Below, piece by piece: positions 7,800-11,922 of a stretch of 11,922 nucleotides of DNA. Source of the stretch: Octopus sinensis (taxonomy: Eukaryota); NCBI RefSeq assembly GCF_006345805.1, contig NW_021826844.1, forward strand, positions 1 through 11,922, in the 5' to 3' direction. Within the stretch, counting starts at the first letter, position 1, and every line of letters begins with the position of its first letter. The position numbers and the translations under genes are program-made. The notes under the pieces were generated by a model that ran no database searches, had not been told where the DNA came from, and worked only from the letters and a program-made list of their open reading frames with translations.

Positions 7800-7985
7800 A
7801 TTTCTGCTCTAGGCACGAGGATTGAAAATTTTGGAGAGGAAGCCGGTCGATTAGATCGACGCCAGTATGCAACTGGTACTTCATTCATCGACCTCGATGG
7901 AATTTGAACACAGAACGCAGTGATGGGCGAAATGCCGCTAAGCATTTCGTCCAGCGTACTGACGATTCTGCCAGCTCACCGCTTT
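7797..7985 (-). mobile_element. Meta-like SINE, tail type B, with the central core deleted
   Basis: Tail aatatttctgctctaggcacgagg and head gattctgccagctcaccgc (both reverse complement) are present. The core is collapsed to atcgacctcgatggaattt (~7887-7905). Confidence 0.85.
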
Positions 7986-8027
7986 AATAATGATAGCAGT
8001 AACAACAACAACAACAACAACAACAAC

Positions 8028-8075
<48 letters not shown>
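7986..8075. repeat. (AAC)n(AAT)n microsatellite
   Basis: Directly visible. Confidence 0.95.
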
Positions 8076-8076
<1 letters not shown>

Positions 8077-8286
8077 GTTTCACATTTTGGTGCAAGGCCA
8101 GCAATTTCGGGAGCAGAGTGTGTCGACTAGATCGACCCCAGCGCTGTATCGGTACTTATTGCATCGACTTCGAAAGAATAAAGGGCACAAGTCGACCAGT
8201 GCGGAATTTGAACACATATCGTAAAGATGGACGAAATACCACTAGGCATTTTGCCCGGCGTGCTAATGATTCTGCGAACTCACCGC

Positions 8287-8288
<2 letters not shown>
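8076..8288 (-). mobile_element. Meta-like SINE, tail type C, diverged
   Basis: gtgcaaggccagcaattt (type C tail, reverse complement), atcgacttcgaaagaataaagggc, aatttgaac, and head cccggcgtgctaatgattctgcgaactcaccgc. Confidence 0.85.
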
Positions 8289-8342
<54 letters not shown>

Positions 8343-8367
8343 TATTATGTTGTTGTTGTTGTTGTTG

Positions 8368-8406
<39 letters not shown>

Positions 8407-8656
8407 CATTATTATTATTATTATTATTTTATTATTAATATTTAATTATCATTATTATTATTACTATTATTATTATTATATTAGTGTTTTTTTTATTATA
8501 TTATATATTATTTTAATTATTATTATTATTACTTATTATTATTATTATTATCATTATTATTATTACTATTATTATTATATTTTTATCATCATCATCATCA
8601 TTATTATTATCATCATCATCATCATCATCATTATTATTATTATTATTATTAATATT

Positions 8657-8691
<35 letters not shown>

Positions 8692-8717
8692 ATCAGTATT
8701 ATTATTATATTAATATT

Positions 8718-8754
<37 letters not shown>

Positions 8755-9051
8755 GTATTATTATTATTATTATTATCATATTATATTATATATTATTATT
8801 ATTATCATCATCATCAACAACATCATCATCATCATCATGTTATTATTATTATTATCATTATATATTATTATTATTATTATTACTATTATTATCATCATCA
8901 TCATCATTCATTATTTTATTATTATTATTATTAATATTATCACCACCATTATCATCTCATCATCATCATCATCATCATCATCATTATTATTATTATTATT
9001 ATCATTATTTTTATTATTATTATTATCATTATTATTATTATTATTATTATT

Positions 9052-9089
<38 letters not shown>

Positions 9090-9223
9090 TGTTATTATTA
9101 TTATTATCATTATTATTATTACTATTATTATTATTATTTCTTATCATTAGATCATCATCATTATTTATTTTATTATTATTATCATCATCATCATAATCAT
9201 CATTGTTATTATTATTATTATTA

Positions 9224-9258
<35 letters not shown>

Positions 9259-9408
9259 ATTATCATTATTATTATTAATATTATTATTATTATTATTATC
9301 GTTATTATTATTACTATAATTATTATCATCATCCTCATCATCATCATCATCGTCATTGTTATTATTATTATTATTATCAACATCATTAGTATTATTATTA
9401 TTATAATT

Positions 9409-9440
<32 letters not shown>

Positions 9441-9448
9441 TAGCATCA
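8289..9448. repeat. ~1.15-kb compound (ATT)n/(ATC)n/(GTT)n trinucleotide array
   Basis: Directly visible. Contains an internal ~60-bp higher-order duplication at ~8649-8760. Confidence 0.97.
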
Positions 9449-10815
9449 TCTTTCAGTTCTGTTTCCATTTATTGCCGAGAGTCTTCCTGACACCTAGGAC
9501 AGAGAAGCATACTGTATAGATTGGTAGGTCATTTTTTGTTCTGTCCAAATGCTCTTACAATCACTGGTATTGTAACCGTCTTGAGACGCAACACCTTTTC
9601 GATTTCGATTAACAAATCTTTATATTTTCTGAGCGTATCAAATTCTCTTACCGAAACACTATGGAGACAGAGTATGCTCGTGTCAATCAATAAACAGACT
9701 TAATTGTTTTGGTTTTTCACAACAGTATCTGGTTTATTTGCCTTGATGGTCCGATCTGTACATACTGAGAAGTCCCGAAGAATACTTACATTTTCTCCCT
9801 TAGTTACAGCCTCAGGGTAGTGCTTGTACTATTTGTCAGTAGCTTTCATTTTATAATGCCGACACATTAACCAACTCTCTTATGTCTTGATTTGTACTCT
9901 ACAGGTGCTTAGACCAAACATCCAGAGATTAGGTGGTCTGCTGTTTCTATCCCATCGTTGCAGTATCGTTACTTTGGGTCTACATTGGATTGATAGTTCG
10001 GAATCAATAAGCTCTGATTTGGGGCAGCCGAGATAAAGCCTTCACTCTCTACCATTAGTCCTGAGCTCCGTAGCCACTGATGAGTGTGCTTCTGGTTTAC
10101 ATCAGCTTGTTTGCTATAGGCCACATACTTGCCATGCAGAGGTTTTGTTCCCACCTATCAGCCAATTGTTAAAATGCATTTTGCTTTACTGTTAATTTCA
10201 CCTTCTTTGCAACTGCAGTTGCTGCACTGCCAACACGCTGTTCAAACTGGGTATCATGCATAAACTCACTTAAAAAGTTTTTGCTCTCTTTCATAAGAGA
10301 ATAAAGCTGCTTACGTCTTTCATGGTGGTCAACGGGCTTTGACATCCGATCGTTTGTTGTTCCAAGATATTTTGCGCAGTCCTTTGCGGTGGTTTTATAT
10401 GAGATTTCAAATTGGATCAAGCCTCGACCTCCTTGAGCTCTGGGTACGTAATGACGATCTGTGTTCTGCCTTTGCATGATTTATCTTACTGCAACTCAAC
10501 ACCTGACGGATTTCTTTGTCAATCTTTCTTATTTCACACATATTTCAATTCAATACATTGACACTGTAAATAACAACCGGAACTACTAAGGAATTTTTAG
10601 CTAACACCTTGTTACGTGCTTTTAACTCAGATTTTAGGACTGTCCGAACTCTCCTGTAACACTCCTTCCTGATCCTCTCTTTCATGCTCAATGCTGAATA
10701 CTAGAGCCCTCATTTATTCCGAGGTATTCGTAAGTTTGTTCTTGCTCATGTTCTTTGATATTTACAGAATGAGTTTATTCTTGCACGTTTTTGGAGGGGT
10801 GTTCCAGTCGCTGTC

Positions 10816-10816
<1 letters not shown>
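9449..10816 (-). mobile_element. 5'-truncated, decayed R4/Dong-like non-LTR retrotransposon, copy 2 (a different family from copy 1)
   Basis: Minus strand: EQEQTYEYLGINEG, KECYRRVRTVLKSELKARNKVLAKNSLVVPVVIYS, RHYVPRAQGGRGL, WLRSSGLMVESEGFISAA, knuckle *RYCNDGIETADHLISGC (9918-9971), EYKSRH, RLE NKPDTVV..LLID..RKYKDLLIEIEK (PD at 9727-9732). Frameshifts and stops. The 3' end runs into (GAT)n. Confidence 0.9.
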
Positions 10817-10866
<50 letters not shown>

Positions 10867-10910
10867 TGTTGTTGTTGTTGTTGTTGTTATTATTATTATC
10901 ATTATTATTA

Positions 10911-10979
<69 letters not shown>
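10817..10979. repeat. (TTA)n/(GTT)n microsatellite
   Basis: Directly visible; abuts the 5' truncation point of R4-like copy 2. Confidence 0.95.
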
Positions 10980-10981
10980 GT

Positions 10982-11180
10982 GAAGGCGCATAGCTCAGTG
11001 GTTTGGGCATTGAGCTTACGATCGTGAGGTTGTGAGTTCGAATCCCGGATCGGGCTGCGTGTGATGTTCTTGAGAAAGACACTTTATTTCACGTTGCTCC
11101 AGTTCACTCAGCCGTAGAAATGAGTTGCGATGTCACAGATGCCAAGCTGTATCTGCTGTTGCCTTTCCCTTGGATATGCC
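10982..11180 (+). mobile_element. 5' half of a tRNA-derived CORE-type SINE
   Basis: A-box tagctcagtgg, B-box gagttcgaatccc, CORE-like gttcttgagaaagacactttatttcacgttgctccagttcactcagccgtagaaatgag. Breaks at an 11-bp tandem duplication ccttggatatg. Confidence 0.85.
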
Positions 11181-11197
11181 TTGGATATGCCCTCACT

Positions 11198-11202
11198 ATA
11201 AT

Positions 11203-11277
<75 letters not shown>
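11198..11277. repeat. (AAT)n microsatellite
   Basis: Directly visible. Confidence 0.95.
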
Positions 11278-11367
11278 TGACTGACCGTGGGATTGCACCT
11301 AGAAAGTTACCCTCCAAGGCACAAGTCCGGGCAAGGTTGTTTATGGAAGACCAACAGTCGCCCATAC
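11278..11367 (-). mobile_element. 3' tail fragment of a SINE, probably the same family as 10982-11180, in inverted orientation
   Basis: Minus strand gtatgggcgactgttggtcttccataaacaaccttgcccggacttgtgccttggagggtaactttctaggtgcaatcccacggtca followed by (TTA)n. The family link rests on a recalled consensus. Confidence 0.55.
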
Positions 11368-11583
11368 ATACACGTATGTATGTATGTATGTATGTATGTA
11401 TGTATGTATGCGTGCATACACGTATGTATGTATGTATGTATGTTTGTATGTATGTATGCACATGTATGCATGTATGTATGTATGTATGCATGCGTGCATA
11501 CACGTATGTATGTATGTATGTATGTTTGTATGTATGTATGTATGTATGTATTTATGTATGTATATATGTATGATGTACGAATG

Positions 11584-11643
<60 letters not shown>

Positions 11644-11675
11644 CATGTGTGTGTGTGTATGTATGTATGTATGCA
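11365..11675. repeat. (ATGT)n/(AT)n/(GT)n compound microsatellite, probably the expanded internal microsatellite of the adjacent SINE
   Basis: Directly visible; adjoins the SINE at 11676. Confidence 0.95.
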
Positions 11676-11834
11676 CGATGGGCTCCTTTCAGTTTCTGTT
11701 TACCAAATCCACTCACACAGCTTTGACCGACCATGGGCTATATTACAAAACATTTGTCCAACCAAATTGCCGAGCAATGAGACTGAACCTACGGCTGCAC
11801 CGTTTGAAAACAGGCTTCTTAATCACACAGCCAA
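11676..11834 (-). mobile_element. 5' half of a CORE-type tRNA-SINE (family with internal microsatellite), diverged
   Basis: Minus strand ggctgtgtgattaagaag...ggttcagtctcattgc...ggacaaatgttttgtaatatagcccatggtcggtcaaagctgtgtgagtggatttggtaaacagaaactgaaaggagcccat. Homologous to 3304-3400. Confidence 0.75.
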
Positions 11835-11838
11835 TTAA

Positions 11839-11890
11839 CTTATTTATTTATTTATTTTTATTATTTATTTATTCATTTATTTATTTGTTT
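11839..11890. repeat. (TTTA)n microsatellite
   Basis: Directly visible. Confidence 0.85.
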
Positions 11891-11922
11891 GCTGCGGTAA
11901 CTCTAGCGATTTTGTCGTGTGT

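Noticed and set aside
7676-9468. Poly-N, poly-I, poly-L, poly-Y and poly-D ORFs (also 5530-5790 and 10691-11298)
   Set aside because: Trinucleotide arrays read through into SINE sequence; no splice or coding evidence.
10076-10110. CTGATGA (and CTGACGA at ~5950 and ~7960) as additional hammerhead cores
   Set aside because: Not followed by a hairpin and GAAA; two of them lie within the retroelement ORF (antisense) or a SINE head.
10982-11052. tRNA-like sequence with A/B boxes and a possible ct-TAC-ga anticodon loop
   Set aside because: The anticodon and acceptor stems do not pair properly, and it continues directly into a CORE-like domain. It is a SINE head, not a tRNA gene.

Overview
This window is repeat-saturated animal genomic DNA, intronic or intergenic, with no recognisable host exon. 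The SINE families and the very high microsatellite density suggest an octopus or other cephalopod; this is from recall, not a database search. It contains: (1) about 11 copies of a tRNA-headed SINE with a Meta-like central domain, in two head-to-tail stacks plus single copies, carrying three interchangeable 3' tails; (2) pieces of two CORE-type SINE families; (3) two different decayed, 5'-truncated R4/Dong-like non-LTR retrotransposons on the minus strand (end of RT, CCHC zinc knuckle, PD-(D/E)xK restriction-like endonuclease), each bounded by AAT-class microsatellites; (4) a ~125-bp hAT-type MITE interrupted by a SINE with a perfect 16-bp target-site duplication (TSD); (5) a minimal type I hammerhead ribozyme motif at 3505-3552, in what looks like a Penelope-like terminal-repeat fragment; (6) an unclassified ~560-bp repeat-like segment; and (7) many simple repeats, including a ~1.15-kb ATT/ATC array and a perfect self-complementary 12-mer array. 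Most ORFs in the supplied track are microsatellite artefacts; the exceptions are retroelement fragments or SINE read-through. The best candidates are the hammerhead motif and an apparent cycle in which retroelement tails seed AAT microsatellites that R4/Dong elements then target.
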